64,000 nt of DNA, taken from assembly GCA_039798785.1 (NCBI GenBank), contig JBDKFG010000004.1, positions 1-64,000 of the forward strand, in the 5' to 3' direction. Made by a program: the position numbers and the translations under genes. Below are positions 36,523 through 46,263 of this stretch, piece after piece. The notes beneath the pieces were generated by a model. It ran no database searches. It saw only the letters and a list, made by a program, of their open reading frames with translations, and was not told the DNA's origin. The first letter of the stretch is position 1, and the number at the start of each line of letters is the position of its first letter. Source of the stretch: Verrucomicrobiota bacterium (lineage in GTDB: Bacteria > Verrucomicrobiota > Lentisphaeria > Lentisphaerales > Lentisphaeraceae).

Positions 36523-37656
36523 CTACACAGTGAAGATCCTTATGTAGGCTTCGAAGGAGTAAACCCGACCGCGTTTTTGCCCTGTGAGCTCAGTCAAGAT
36601 CCCCAAGCGCACAAAACTATCAATGATATTTTTGGCTGTTGGATGTGCGATTTCCAAGGCAGATTCAAGTTCGGCCGAGGTGGTGCTTGGGTGTTTGTAG
36701 AGATAGTTCAGCGCCAAACGGGCGTTGGGTGCCTGCCGTCCCAAGCTCAGGATGTCATGCTCGACCTTCTGGCGCAGTAACAGGACCTGGCTGAAAACCT
36801 CGCGGCCCTTGGTCGCGGTCTCGACGATGCCGCGTAGGAAGAAGCGGACCCAGTGGATGATGTCGTTGGACAGGCGGGCCTGCATCAGGGCAGCGTAGTA
36901 GCTGGCGCGGTTGCGCTCGAAGAAGTCCGACAGGTAGAGCGATGGCTTGGCGAGCAGGCCGTGGTTGATCAGGTAGAGGGGGATGAGGAGGCGACCGATG
37001 CGGCCGTTGCCGTCGAGGAAGGGGTGGATGGTCTCGAACTGGTAATGGGTGAGGGCGGCGCGGACGAGGTGCGGCACGGTAATCGCTTCGTTGTGCCAGA
37101 ACTGCTCGAGGTCGCTCATCAAGTCGATGACGCCGTCTTGATGCGGCGGGATGAAGGCGGCGTCGATCAAGCTGGAGCCGCCGATCCAGTTCTGGCTGCT
37201 GCGGAACTCGCCGGGAAGTTTGCGCTCGCCGCGAACTCCGGAGAGCAGGGTGGCGTGGGTCTGCTTGAGGAGGCGGTTGGAGAGCGGCAGGGTCTTCAGG
37301 TCGATCACCGCCTGGTTGAGGGCGGCGATGTAGTTGCGCACCTCGCGCCAGTCGTCGCGCTTCTCCGGCTTGATCTGGTCTTCGCTCATCAGGGCTTCTT
37401 CAAAGCCGGTCTGGGTGCCTTCGATGCGGCTGGAGGTCTGCGCCTCCTTCACCACATGCAGCTCGATGAAGAGATCGATGTCGGGGATGATCAAGGAGAA
37501 GGCGTTGAGTTCGCCGAGAGCGCGATTGGCCTGCTCCAGCAAGGCGTTGATCGGCGGATCCTCCCAAAACCACTGACGGTTCACCGTCACCGGCTCGAAG
37601 CTTTTGTACTGGTAGCGCTGCACCCACTCGCCGGCGCGGAAAGTTTCGAATTTCAT
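36523..37656 (-). CDS. Fic-family protein (N-terminal SSxIEG inhibitory motif, C-terminal HTH)
   Basis: 'EAQTSSRIEG' and catalytic 'HPFLDGNGRIGR'. Confidence 0.93.
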   Translation of the reverse strand: MKFETFRAGEWVQRYQYKSFEPVTVNRQWFWEDPPINALLEQANRALGELNAFSLIIPDIDLFIELHVVKEAQTSSRIEGTQTGFEEALMSEDQIKPEKRDDWREVRNYIAALNQAVIDLKTLPLSNRLLKQTHATLLSGVRGERKLPGEFRSSQNWIGGSSLIDAAFIPPHQDGVIDLMSDLEQFWHNEAITVPHLVRAALTHYQFETIHPFLDGNGRIGRLLIPLYLINHGLLAKPSLYLSDFFERNRASYYAALMQARLSNDIIHWVRFFLRGIVETATKGREVFSQVLLLRQKVEHDILSLGRQAPNARLALNYLYKHPSTTSAELESALEIAHPTAKNIIDSFVRLGILTELTGQKRGRVYSFEAYIRIFTV

Positions 37657-37745
37657 GGGCTCACCTTGGTATTGCCGATTTTACTACTCATTTGGGGGCT
37701 GTATCCTTTATCACAGGCCTCGCGCCCCTTTCCTCCCAGCGATGC

Positions 37746-38099
37746 CTATTGAAGCGACAGCGGGTAACGCTGCTCGGTGGGGCCAAAACCCTTGTCGACC
37801 ACCAAATTGCCTTTGAGGATTACCCAGAATTCCGTCGCCTCCCTGGTCTCGGTGCTTTGCGCGATCAAGGGCACAACCCGAGTGTGGGTGATTTCCTTGA
37901 TCCAGGAAAGCTTGCTGCGACCATCCCCGAGATCAAGAGTGCTGGTGGGTTTGCCCAAGGCCAGCAAGACATCCGCCTGACTGCTTTTGCCGACGACGAC
38001 GGCAACCTGTTGGCTGGCGCTCGGAATGGCACCCATGGTGTTGGAGGTCACGCAACTCGAAAGGACAAAGACGAAAGCAAGACTCAGAAAAAGACGCAT
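37746..38099 (-). CDS. Small lipoprotein (BamE/SmpA-like)
   Basis: Lipobox 'LSSC', 'GKSSQADVLLALGKP'. Confidence 0.65.
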   Translation of the reverse strand: MRLFLSLAFVFVLSSCVTSNTMGAIPSASQQVAVVVGKSSQADVLLALGKPTSTLDLGDGRSKLSWIKEITHTRVVPLIAQSTETREATEFWVILKGNLVVDKGFGPTEQRYPLSLQ

Positions 38100-38151
38100 G
38101 GGGGGAACTCCTGGGGTTTTGTGTTGAGGATTAAAATTGGGGCGCGGAAGC

Positions 38152-41100
38152 TTAAATCACCCCCAACTCGTTTTGCAGATACACCGTGGCGTCGCCCTTG
38201 GTGTACTTTTCGAAGCCGTTGGCGAGTTCCACAAAGATCCAGCCGGCCTCTTTGTCCCAGTTGCCCAAGGCGTTGCTGCCGGTGATCTTCACCGTGCCGG
38301 TGCCACCCGAAAGAGTGAGGACATCGGCAAGTTCCATCTTCAGATTCACGGCGTTGCTGCCCAGATCGATGACTTCGATGTTCGTCAGGCGATCATTCGG
38401 GATCAAGGTCAAATCCAAGTGGGTTGAAATCTTGACCGTGTCTTTTCCGGTGCCGCCATCGATCAGGGCGAAGTCGATGGTGGGGGAGTTGGTAGCAAAG
38501 GAGAATATGTCATCGCCACCGTTGCCCAGCAAAACATCGCCGCTGCCAATTTCCTTGATGATGTCCCGTCCTTCCGTGCCAGTAATTTTCCCCGCATTGG
38601 GAAGGCAATTCCATGTCGCCGCCATCACTTGGCCATCAGCGGTGTAGCGTTGGAGGTAGACGCCATCATAGATGTAGTTGCCATCATAATAGCCGTCTTC
38701 CCCATAGGAGTCCCAGGCCACCACGAAGCCTCCATCATCCATTGCAGCAATCGACGGAGCTGTTTGATCACTGTTGATATAAGAGTTTACGTGAATTTCT
38801 TCAGTCAGAGCCAGTCCGGTAGAATTGAAAATTCTTGCATAAATTCCTATCCCATTGCCGGAAGGCAAATCAATATCGCTCTCCCAGGAAACCACAAAAT
38901 TCCCATTGCTAAGTGTCGTGACAACAGGATTTTCCTGATCATATTGAGTGGTTACATTAATGCCAAACTCAGAACCAATCATCACCCCAGAGGAATTATA
39001 AATTTGACCATATAAACCATTATAACTTCCATCTTGTCCGTAAGACTCCCAAACGACGACATATCCACCGTTGCTCAACAGAGACATATCTGAAGAATCT
39101 TGATCATTTAATGAATAGGTGTTGACTTTTGTTTCCCCTCCAACACTTGCACTCACATTGGAATATCTCTGGATTTTCACGCTGTAGTCACTGCCACCAG
39201 AATTATCCGACCAGCTAACAATAAAACCTCCATCCATTGTAGAGATAAGATCGGAGCTATATTGATAGCCAACAGTGCTTGAATTAACCCTGAATTCCGA
39301 CCCAAATTTAGTGGCATTTTCATTAAATCTTTGCCCATAAACCCCCCAAGAGCTCGTCGCATCCTGTCCGGAGGAATCCCAGACGACCACAAAGCCCCCA
39401 TCATTCAAGGATGAAATTTTTGGTAGTTGCTGATTGGAAGATGTGTAGCTGTTGATTTGGAATTCACCGCCGATCCGATCTCCATTGGGAGAAAAAACCT
39501 GGCCAAAAATGCCATTGGATGAACCATCTTGACCATCGGAATTCCAAACTATGACATAATTGCCATTGCTGAGCACCGTAATATCCGAATCTCCTTGGGA
39601 ATTTACCGTTGTAGTATTGACGCGGAACTCGGAGCCAAGACGCGTACAGTCAGACGCAAACATTTGAGCATAAACTCCATATGAATCACCATCCTGGCCA
39701 CTGGAACTCCACGCAACAATAAATGAGCCATCCTTCAATGTGACAACAGCGCTGTAGCCCTGTGTATTTCTTGTATAAGTATTCGCTCTGATCTCAATCC
39801 CATCCGAGGTCGTGATGGGAAGTGCGCTGACGGATTCCAAGGTATCCAAGCTGTCGCTGTAAGTGGCGATGGCAGTGATTTGGAGGTTTTTGAGGCTAGG
39901 CGAGAGATAGAGGCTGGATCCGTAGCCGACAGTGTTGCCGTTCTGGTCTTTCCAGGTGTAGTTCACTGCACCAAGCCCGTCGATGTCGGCGAGAGTGTTG
40001 GTCACGGTCAAAGTGCTGCCGATGGCGGTGAGCCCATGGATGATCACTTCGCCCGTAGGCGCATGGTTGATACTGCTGACCGCCGCGGAGGCGCTGGACG
40101 CGACAGTCTCTTGGGTGCCCAGGGCATCCGTGTAGGCCGCGTGAAGGACGATCTTTTTACCGAGATGTGAGGGGCCAAGATTCAGACTTTGACCTTGGCC
40201 GAGGACATTGCCGGCTTCGTCTTTCCATGTGTAGGAGATGGTCCCGAGGCCATCGACATCGCCGAGAGTGTTGGCTGCCGTGAGGGTTTCGAAGATCAGC
40301 GGGGAGCCGAGGATGCTGACGATGCCGCTGGGAGTGTCGTTGACATTGGCAATCAAGGAACTGGCGGACGAGACGGCTTCGCTGCTGCCGCCGGCGTCGG
40401 TGTAGGCGACGACACATTTCAGCGTTTTGCCGACAAAGGCCTGGGTGAGGTTGAGGTTGCTGCCCGTGGCGAGGGTGGCACCAGATTCATCCACCCATTT
40501 GAAGACGATACCAGTGATGCCATTGGGGCTATCGGCATCCGTCAGGTTATGGCTGGCGGTGAGTGTTTGTCCTTGGGTCGGAGTGCCGCTGACAGTGACC
40601 GAGCCGCTAGGTGCAGCATTGGCGCTGCGAATCGTGGTGCTCAGGGCGGAATTCACCTGCTCGACGAAGCCGCCGTTGTCGATGTAGCCGGCCTGGACAT
40701 AAAGGCTGCTGCCGAGGAGATTGCTGGCGATGGTGTAGGTCTCGCCGGTGCCGAGGAGCTGATGAGCTTGGCTGTACCACTTGTAGCTGATGGCACCGAG
40801 TCCATCGGCATCGCTGAGCAATTGGCTGGCGCTGAGGGTCGAGCCGATGCGGAGATTGCCGCTGAAACTGACCTGGCCGCTGGGGCTGTCGTTGATATCC
40901 GCGATGACATTGCTGAGCGCGGAGCTACTCGCTTCGAGATGGCCTTGGCCGTCGGTGTAGGAGGCGAAGAGCTGGATCTTCTTGCCGACATGAGCTTGGG
41001 CAAGGCTGAGGGAGCTGCCGTGGCCAAGAATGACGCCGTTTTCGTCTTTCCAGGTGTAGGTGATCGGGCCAAGTCCGTCGGCGTCGAACAAGCTGCTGAC

Positions 41101-43056
41101 GGCGTTCAGGGTTTGCCCTTGAATCGTGTTGCCCGAGATGCTGACTGAACCCGTGCTCGAATCGTTGACATCGCCGATGTTGGCGGTGGTGGCAGAGGAA
41201 ACAGATTCGGCATTGCCCAAATCGTCGGTGTAGAAGGCGACGACTCGCAGGACCTTGCCGACATGGTTCTGGGTCAAAAGCAAGCTGCTGCCAGTGGCGA
41301 CAGTCAGTCCCTCGCTGTCTTTCCAGGCGTAGCTGAGGTCGGCGAGGCCGTCGGCATCGCTCAAGTTGGAAGTGGCGAGCAAGGTCGATCCTTGGATCGC
41401 CGTGCCGCTGATGTTGACCGTGCCGGCGGGCAGGTGATTGGGTTTGATAATGATCGGGGTGAAGGCCGATGCCTTCGACTCGTAGAAGTTGTTGCCATCG
41501 ACGAAGGAGGCGACGACCTGCACCCTTTCGCCGAGATGGGCCGCGCCAAGCTCCAAGGTGCTGCCTTGACCGATCTTGGTACCTGCATCGTTGAACCAGG
41601 TGTAAGTGACTGGACCGAGGCCATCACTATCGGCGAGAGTGTGACTGGCTGTGAGGGTCTGGCCGAGGCTGTTGGAGCCGTGAATCTGGACTTGCCCGGT
41701 GACTGCGTGATTACCGACACAGAGTCCCTTGCTGAGGCCGCTGATTTTGCCGTTGGGATCGGTGACGGTAACGGAATAACTCGGTTCACCGATGAATCCG
41801 CTAATCCGCTGGGCGCTGATCAGGTTGGCATCGACATCGGCCAAGGTGAAGCTCTTGAGCGGGATACTGGAGCCGTCGCGGAGGAAGACAAGCCCGACTG
41901 CGGACTTGACCGTAAAGACGAAGGCACCTTCGATAGCTTCGGGAGTTTCTTCGTCGGCTGCGTTGAAAAGGCTGCGGTCGATGAGAGTCGTTTCGCCGGC
42001 GTTCAGGACCAGATTTTTCAAGCTCAGAGTCGGCAGATCATTGAGGGTCTTGAAGGCGAAGGGGACGGAGATCGCGTCGAGCTCGGTGTCGCCGTTGAGG
42101 AGGCTGAGTTCAAGCTGCGGCGCTTCTTGCGAACCATCGTGTTTGAGGGTGACCAGATTCGCCTTGAGCTGGGCGAGGGTGAAGGACTCGGCGACGCTGC
42201 CCGCGACCAGAATTTCGCAGTGTTCGGCCTTGTCGATGCGGAGATTCAGGCCCGGCTGAGCCAAGAGAGGGACGACATTGACCGAGACCAGGATGGGCAG
42301 ATTGCTGGCGCTGAGTTTCAGGGTCGCACCTTCGCTGATCGTGAACGGCGCTTTGACCGCGATTTCGTGGGGATCGAGAACTTGCGGCGCAGCGTTTTCC
42401 GCGCCATCGAAGAAGATCGTCGAGGCCTTGCTCGCCTTGACTAGCGAAGCTTTGCCGTCGCTGTCGCTGACGCTGAGGGAGAAACTGGGGGCGAGGAATT
42501 TGCCGTCGTGCTTGAAGCTGACGCTGCCGGCTTCGACATCGGCGAGGGAGAAGGTTTTGGCGGCGAAACCGTTGAGGAGGAAGCCGCCGCCCTTGACTGT
42601 CGTGATCTTGACTTGGAGATTGCCTGCGCCGGGAGTTTCGGCGTCAGTCGCGTCAATCATCTCGCGGGTGATGGTGACCGTGCAGCCGTTGAGGAGGGCG
42701 TCGCCGTCACTGCCGAGTCCGGGAATGCTGACAACCGGAGCTTGGTTGACCGCCTTGTAGGTGAGGATCGGCTGGACTTCCGCGGACGGCGCAATGCCCA
42801 AGGAGCTGGCCTGGAAGTAGAAACCGGGGAGGGAAGTGCCATCAGCGAGGAAGCTGATTTTGCCGAGCTTGAGTTCCGCCAGGGTGAAGCTGCCCGAGGC
42901 ACCGATTTCCGCGCCGTTCTGGTAGAGCGAGCCGCCGAAGACCGCGATGCTCATCAAGTAGTCCGTGGCGCCGACGGTGAATAGGGCGGAGCTGAACTTG
43001 AGGGCGGTGCCTTGGGTGACGGTGATAGATTTGACGGCGAGGCTGAGCTGGGGCAT
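38152..43056 (-). CDS. Large repetitive secreted/surface protein (cadherin-like repeats, Ig-like repeats, QDG-repeat domain, RTX-like C-terminus)
   Basis: N-terminal 'SFTLA......SF.HDG' repeats, about 7 ~95-aa 'G.V.I.G....G.TL.A...L.D.DGLG...Y.W' repeats, about 7 'VNT.T...Q......L..GGFVV.W.S..QDG' repeats, 'GNGGDD' motifs; AGGAG RBS before ATG 43056. Confidence 0.85.
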   Translation of the reverse strand: MPQLSLAVKSITVTQGTALKFSSALFTVGATDYLMSIAVFGGSLYQNGAEIGASGSFTLAELKLGKISFLADGTSLPGFYFQASSLGIAPSAEVQPILTYKAVNQAPVVSIPGLGSDGDALLNGCTVTITREMIDATDAETPGAGNLQVKITTVKGGGFLLNGFAAKTFSLADVEAGSVSFKHDGKFLAPSFSLSVSDSDGKASLVKASKASTIFFDGAENAAPQVLDPHEIAVKAPFTISEGATLKLSASNLPILVSVNVVPLLAQPGLNLRIDKAEHCEILVAGSVAESFTLAQLKANLVTLKHDGSQEAPQLELSLLNGDTELDAISVPFAFKTLNDLPTLSLKNLVLNAGETTLIDRSLFNAADEETPEAIEGAFVFTVKSAVGLVFLRDGSSIPLKSFTLADVDANLISAQRISGFIGEPSYSVTVTDPNGKISGLSKGLCVGNHAVTGQVQIHGSNSLGQTLTASHTLADSDGLGPVTYTWFNDAGTKIGQGSTLELGAAHLGERVQVVASFVDGNNFYESKASAFTPIIIKPNHLPAGTVNISGTAIQGSTLLATSNLSDADGLADLSYAWKDSEGLTVATGSSLLLTQNHVGKVLRVVAFYTDDLGNAESVSSATTANIGDVNDSSTGSVSISGNTIQGQTLNAVSSLFDADGLGPITYTWKDENGVILGHGSSLSLAQAHVGKKIQLFASYTDGQGHLEASSSALSNVIADINDSPSGQVSFSGNLRIGSTLSASQLLSDADGLGAISYKWYSQAHQLLGTGETYTIASNLLGSSLYVQAGYIDNGGFVEQVNSALSTTIRSANAAPSGSVTVSGTPTQGQTLTASHNLTDADSPNGITGIVFKWVDESGATLATGSNLNLTQAFVGKTLKCVVAYTDAGGSSEAVSSASSLIANVNDTPSGIVSILGSPLIFETLTAANTLGDVDGLGTISYTWKDEAGNVLGQGQSLNLGPSHLGKKIVLHAAYTDALGTQETVASSASAAVSSINHAPTGEVIIHGLTAIGSTLTVTNTLADIDGLGAVNYTWKDQNGNTVGYGSSLYLSPSLKNLQITAIATYSDSLDTLESVSALPITTSDGIEIRANTYTRNTQGYSAVVTLKDGSFIVAWSSSGQDGDSYGVYAQMFASDCTRLGSEFRVNTTTVNSQGDSDITVLSNGNYVIVWNSDGQDGSSNGIFGQVFSPNGDRIGGEFQINSYTSSNQQLPKISSLNDGGFVVVWDSSGQDATSSWGVYGQRFNENATKFGSEFRVNSSTVGYQYSSDLISTMDGGFIVSWSDNSGGSDYSVKIQRYSNVSASVGGETKVNTYSLNDQDSSDMSLLSNGGYVVVWESYGQDGSYNGLYGQIYNSSGVMIGSEFGINVTTQYDQENPVVTTLSNGNFVVSWESDIDLPSGNGIGIYARIFNSTGLALTEEIHVNSYINSDQTAPSIAAMDDGGFVVAWDSYGEDGYYDGNYIYDGVYLQRYTADGQVMAATWNCLPNAGKITGTEGRDIIKEIGSGDVLLGNGGDDIFSFATNSPTIDFALIDGGTGKDTVKISTHLDLTLIPNDRLTNIEVIDLGSNAVNLKMELADVLTLSGGTGTVKITGSNALGNWDKEAGWIFVELANGFEKYTKGDATVYLQNELGVI

Positions 43057-43664
43057 GAGATCTCCTGAGCTTTCGGGGTAACGGAATTTTCCTCTGGGAA
43101 AATAAGGGGAGGAATCCCGATTACCAATGTCGTCCCCCGACAATTCAGCGCCGTTACAGAGCTGAATCCCTCAATCGCTCGTGCTTGACGTAGTTTGAAC
43201 AAGGAGCGAGGCATCAGCCATGACAGGTCAATGGCGACAAGTAGCAGGAAGTGCGGAGCGAAGCAGGCGGGCAAGGAACTCATGAGAACTGGAGACTACT
43301 GGAGACTCCCGAACTTTCAGGCGCGATCCCAAGAGATTGTCATCGTGCTCCTCGCCCTCGCCCTCGGCGGAAGAAGGAAGGGGGGATGAGGCGTGATGGC
43401 CCTCGCCTAGATCAACGCCGTCCTCGAGTGCTGCCTGCGACCTATGAACCGGCCCCGCAGGCTGAACGGTCCCTTGGCTTAGAGCAAAAACCAGCAAACG
43501 CCCACGAGATTGGGGCTGCTGAATTTCTTTGGGCTTTCGCTTGACCGGATTCAGCCTCGATTCCTATGGTTCCCTGCCGCTTGTCTTCAGAGATCTTCAG
43601 AAGCAGTAGTGCTTTAGGGGGGTCAAGGGGGGAACCCAATCTGTTGATAAGTGGCTATGGTGAT

Positions 43665-43825
43665 GACACCGCGCCGCCGCCGGTACGAACATGGATTCCC
43701 GCCGTTCGACGGCTGACTTCGGTCTTTCGACTGGCGGCGGCTTTCCCAGTGCAAGACGAACGCTCAGAAGCAGATGCTGCAACATCCTCCATAGGAAATT
43801 CGCAAGCTGGGACTCGCGGCTACAC
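43665..43825 (+). ncRNA. Predicted IS110 bridge RNA (two internal-loop stem-loops)
   Basis: Stem gccgccgccgg/ctggcggcggc enclosing acttcggtctt (target match); stem tcccag/ctggga enclosing ctcagaagcag (donor match). Confidence 0.7.
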
Positions 43826-43858
43826 CAAAGGCACAAACCTCGAGACCAAGGATAGCAC

Positions 43859-45112
43859 ATGAAATCCAAAACGCCCGAACTGGCTCTGGGCATCGATTGG
43901 GCCAAGAACAAGCACGACTGGAACCTCAGAGCCAGCGACGGCCAAGTCCTGGAAAAGGGAAGTCTGACAAACTCTCCGTCCGCCATCGAAGAACTGATCC
44001 ACGGCCTGCTTGAGCGGCATGGCGGCAGCCAGAAGCGGCTGCATGTCGGCATGGAGTCCAAAGACATCCCGCTGGCGCGTCTTCTGCAAGCGCACGACCA
44101 AGTGGACTTCGTTCACATCGCTCCCGGCCCATTCGCCCATTACCGATCCTCCCGCCGTGCCAGCAAGGCTAAGGACGACAGCTCCGACGCCGCCCTGCTC
44201 AGCGACTGGATGATCCGCCATCACGATGAAATCCGCATCGAGACGAAACTCGCCACTCCCGAAATCCTACTTCTCTGCCGTCAGCGTCGCGACATGGTCG
44301 ATGACCGGGTTCGCCTCGCCAACCGCCTGCGCGCCGCCTTGGGAGAGGGGTTCCCAGGTCTGGAGGAGCTCTTCGACAAGGCGTACTCGCTTTACCTTCT
44401 CAAGCTGATTGAGCTCGCCCCCGTCCTCCAGGACTTCCAGAAGCGACGCTTCCGTCCCCTGATCGACAAGCTCGGCCGGATCGGCGCCGCCACGCTCGAC
44501 AAGCTCGAGCTGCTGCACAAGACCGGCAAACCCTTCATCGGCGATGCGGGCATCCTTTCCTCCCTCCGCATGAAGATCACTGCGCTCCGCCTCCAGATCG
44601 ACCTGCAAAATGAGCTCATCGAGAAGGTCGAGAGCCGCATCGCCGCACTGGAAGCGGAATCCCCTTTGACTCCCCTGATCGACTCCCTGCCCGGTGCAGG
44701 CGACGCGTTGCGCCCGCGTCTCACCGCGGCTCTGCAGACGCTGACCCCTGACATGAGCGCAGAGGACTTCGCCGTTGCGCAGGGAATCGCACCCGTGACC
44801 ATCTCCAGCGGCAAATCCCATGTCGTCAAACACCGCGTCTCAGGCATCGGTTTCGACTCCCAGACCTTCTTCGACTTCAGCCTGCACTCGATGAAGAAAT
44901 CCATCTGGGCCGTGGACTTCTACACAGCCGCCAGATTGAGAGGCAAAACCCACGGCGGCGCTGTGCGCGCCCTAGCGATGAAATGGATCCGCATCATCGT
45001 CGCCTTGTGCCGCAGCGGTGAGGTCTACTGTGAGCAACGATATCTCGCCGCCAAAGCCAAACGGGTCAAACACCCAAAAGCTGTTGACAACGCCGCTAAA
45101 ATCCCCGTCTAG
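43859..45112 (+). CDS. IS110-family DEDD recombinase/transposase
   Basis: 'LGIDWAK..HD', 'GME', 'KDDSSDA', coiled coil, 'SLPGAG', 'GIAPVTISSG', 'AVRALAMKWIRI'. Confidence 0.93.
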   Translation: MKSKTPELALGIDWAKNKHDWNLRASDGQVLEKGSLTNSPSAIEELIHGLLERHGGSQKRLHVGMESKDIPLARLLQAHDQVDFVHIAPGPFAHYRSSRRASKAKDDSSDAALLSDWMIRHHDEIRIETKLATPEILLLCRQRRDMVDDRVRLANRLRAALGEGFPGLEELFDKAYSLYLLKLIELAPVLQDFQKRRFRPLIDKLGRIGAATLDKLELLHKTGKPFIGDAGILSSLRMKITALRLQIDLQNELIEKVESRIAALEAESPLTPLIDSLPGAGDALRPRLTAALQTLTPDMSAEDFAVAQGIAPVTISSGKSHVVKHRVSGIGFDSQTFFDFSLHSMKKSIWAVDFYTAARLRGKTHGGAVRALAMKWIRIIVALCRSGEVYCEQRYLAAKAKRVKHPKAVDNAAKIPV

Positions 45113-45288
45113 GACCTCTTGACAGAGAACTCAGAAGACCGAAGTTGAAGCTGTGAGTCAGCCTTCAGTCTTGAATGTTAAATCTTTGATTTTGTTCGCG
45201 TTCTGTTGAATCTTGAATTTGGAATCTTGAATCGGATTCCCGAGCTGAGCCCAAGCTCAGCTTCGGAATCCAGGTTCAGTCTTATTTT

Positions 45289-45697
45289 GGTAAAGCCTTT
45301 CCCCAGACTCTTGCTGCTCCTTGCTGCTCCCCCCCCCCATCTTGAGCTTGGGGTTTCGTGCGACTTTCAAATCCCCTCATGACACCATCAGGTAAAGCCT
45401 TTCCCCAAGCACTTGCGCTTTCGTGCGACCCAAGGCCAAGCTCATACGGTAAAGCCTTTCCCCAAGCACTTGCGCTTTCGTGCGACCCAAGGCCAAGCTC
45501 ATACGGTAAAGCCTTTCCCCAAGCCCTTGGGCTTTCGTGCGACCTAAGCCAAGCTCAGATGGTAAAGCCTTTCCCCAAGCCCTTGGGCTTTCGTGCGACC
45601 CAAGCCAAGCTCAGACGGTAAAGCCTTTCCCCAAGCCCTTGGGCTTTCATGCGACCCAAGCCAAGCTCAGACGGTAAAGCCTTTCCCCAAGCCCTTG
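45289..45697 (+). repeat. Iteron-like tandem repeats (56-57 bp period, core GGTAAAGCCTTTCCCCAAGC)
   Basis: Cores start at 45289, 45391, 45448, 45505, 45561, 45617 and 45673, upstream of rep. Confidence 0.9.
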
Positions 45698-45748
45698 GAG
45701 TTTTGCGACTCAAGCTCCCAGATTCTTCGTGGCCCCATCTCCAGAAAT

Positions 45749-46200
45749 TTGGGGGGTCATGCTACTACCTTGGGGAATCAGTTTACCAAATTTGGGCCTT
45801 CGATTGACCGCGCCTTGGGGAAACGAGCTACCTATCCTGGGGTTCCGCTTTACCTTTCTTGGGGATTCATGATACCACAGAAAATTTTAAGTGACTCGTC
45901 TTCAAAGTATTAAAACAGAAAAACAGGGCTCTAACAATCAACAGAAAAACAATATAAACACTTCAACAGCATCTTGACTGTTGTTGGATCTTTATAATTC
46001 ATAAGCAGCTAGAACAAAAAAGAACTCGCGAATCATCCTCCCTGGACCTTGACCACAGTCAAAGTATCATGTTACCCCAATCGATGGGAGCGCCATCGCG
46101 ATGGGGAGTCAATCAAATCCCCAAGAAGAAAAATTTCATAAATATATCACAAGCATCTATCATAAAGTAAGATAAATGAAAAAAGTGAATTTGAGTTTAC
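45749..46200. other. Putative oriV: inverted degenerate iterons followed by an AT-rich region
   Basis: About five (t/c)tgggg-N8-tacc motifs (reverse complement of the iteron core) at about 45749-45876, mostly 21-22 bp apart, then an AT-rich tract up to rep. Confidence 0.7.
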
Positions 46201-46263
46201 GCTTTACCATGGCCTTGCAAAGAGGCGAGAGACCACTAGCGTAGCCCAGTGGAGGAAGTCTCG

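Larger units (their letters stand above)
43597..45137 (+). mobile_element. IS110-family insertion sequence (~1.54 kb)
   Basis: TCAGAAG at both boundaries (43597-43603 and 45131-45137), no terminal IRs, ~255-nt non-coding left end, TTGACA at 45119-45124 near the right end. Confidence 0.8.

Noticed and set aside
45210..45222. 13-nt match (ATCTTGAATTTGG) between CRISPR spacer 2 and the origin-proximal region
   Set aside because: The match covers the middle of the spacer, not the PAM-proximal seed, and does not extend; compatible with chance.
45289..45697. Tandem repeats as a CRISPR array
   Set aside because: The intervening sequences are nearly identical, so there are no unique spacers, and the array sits upstream of a Rep gene.
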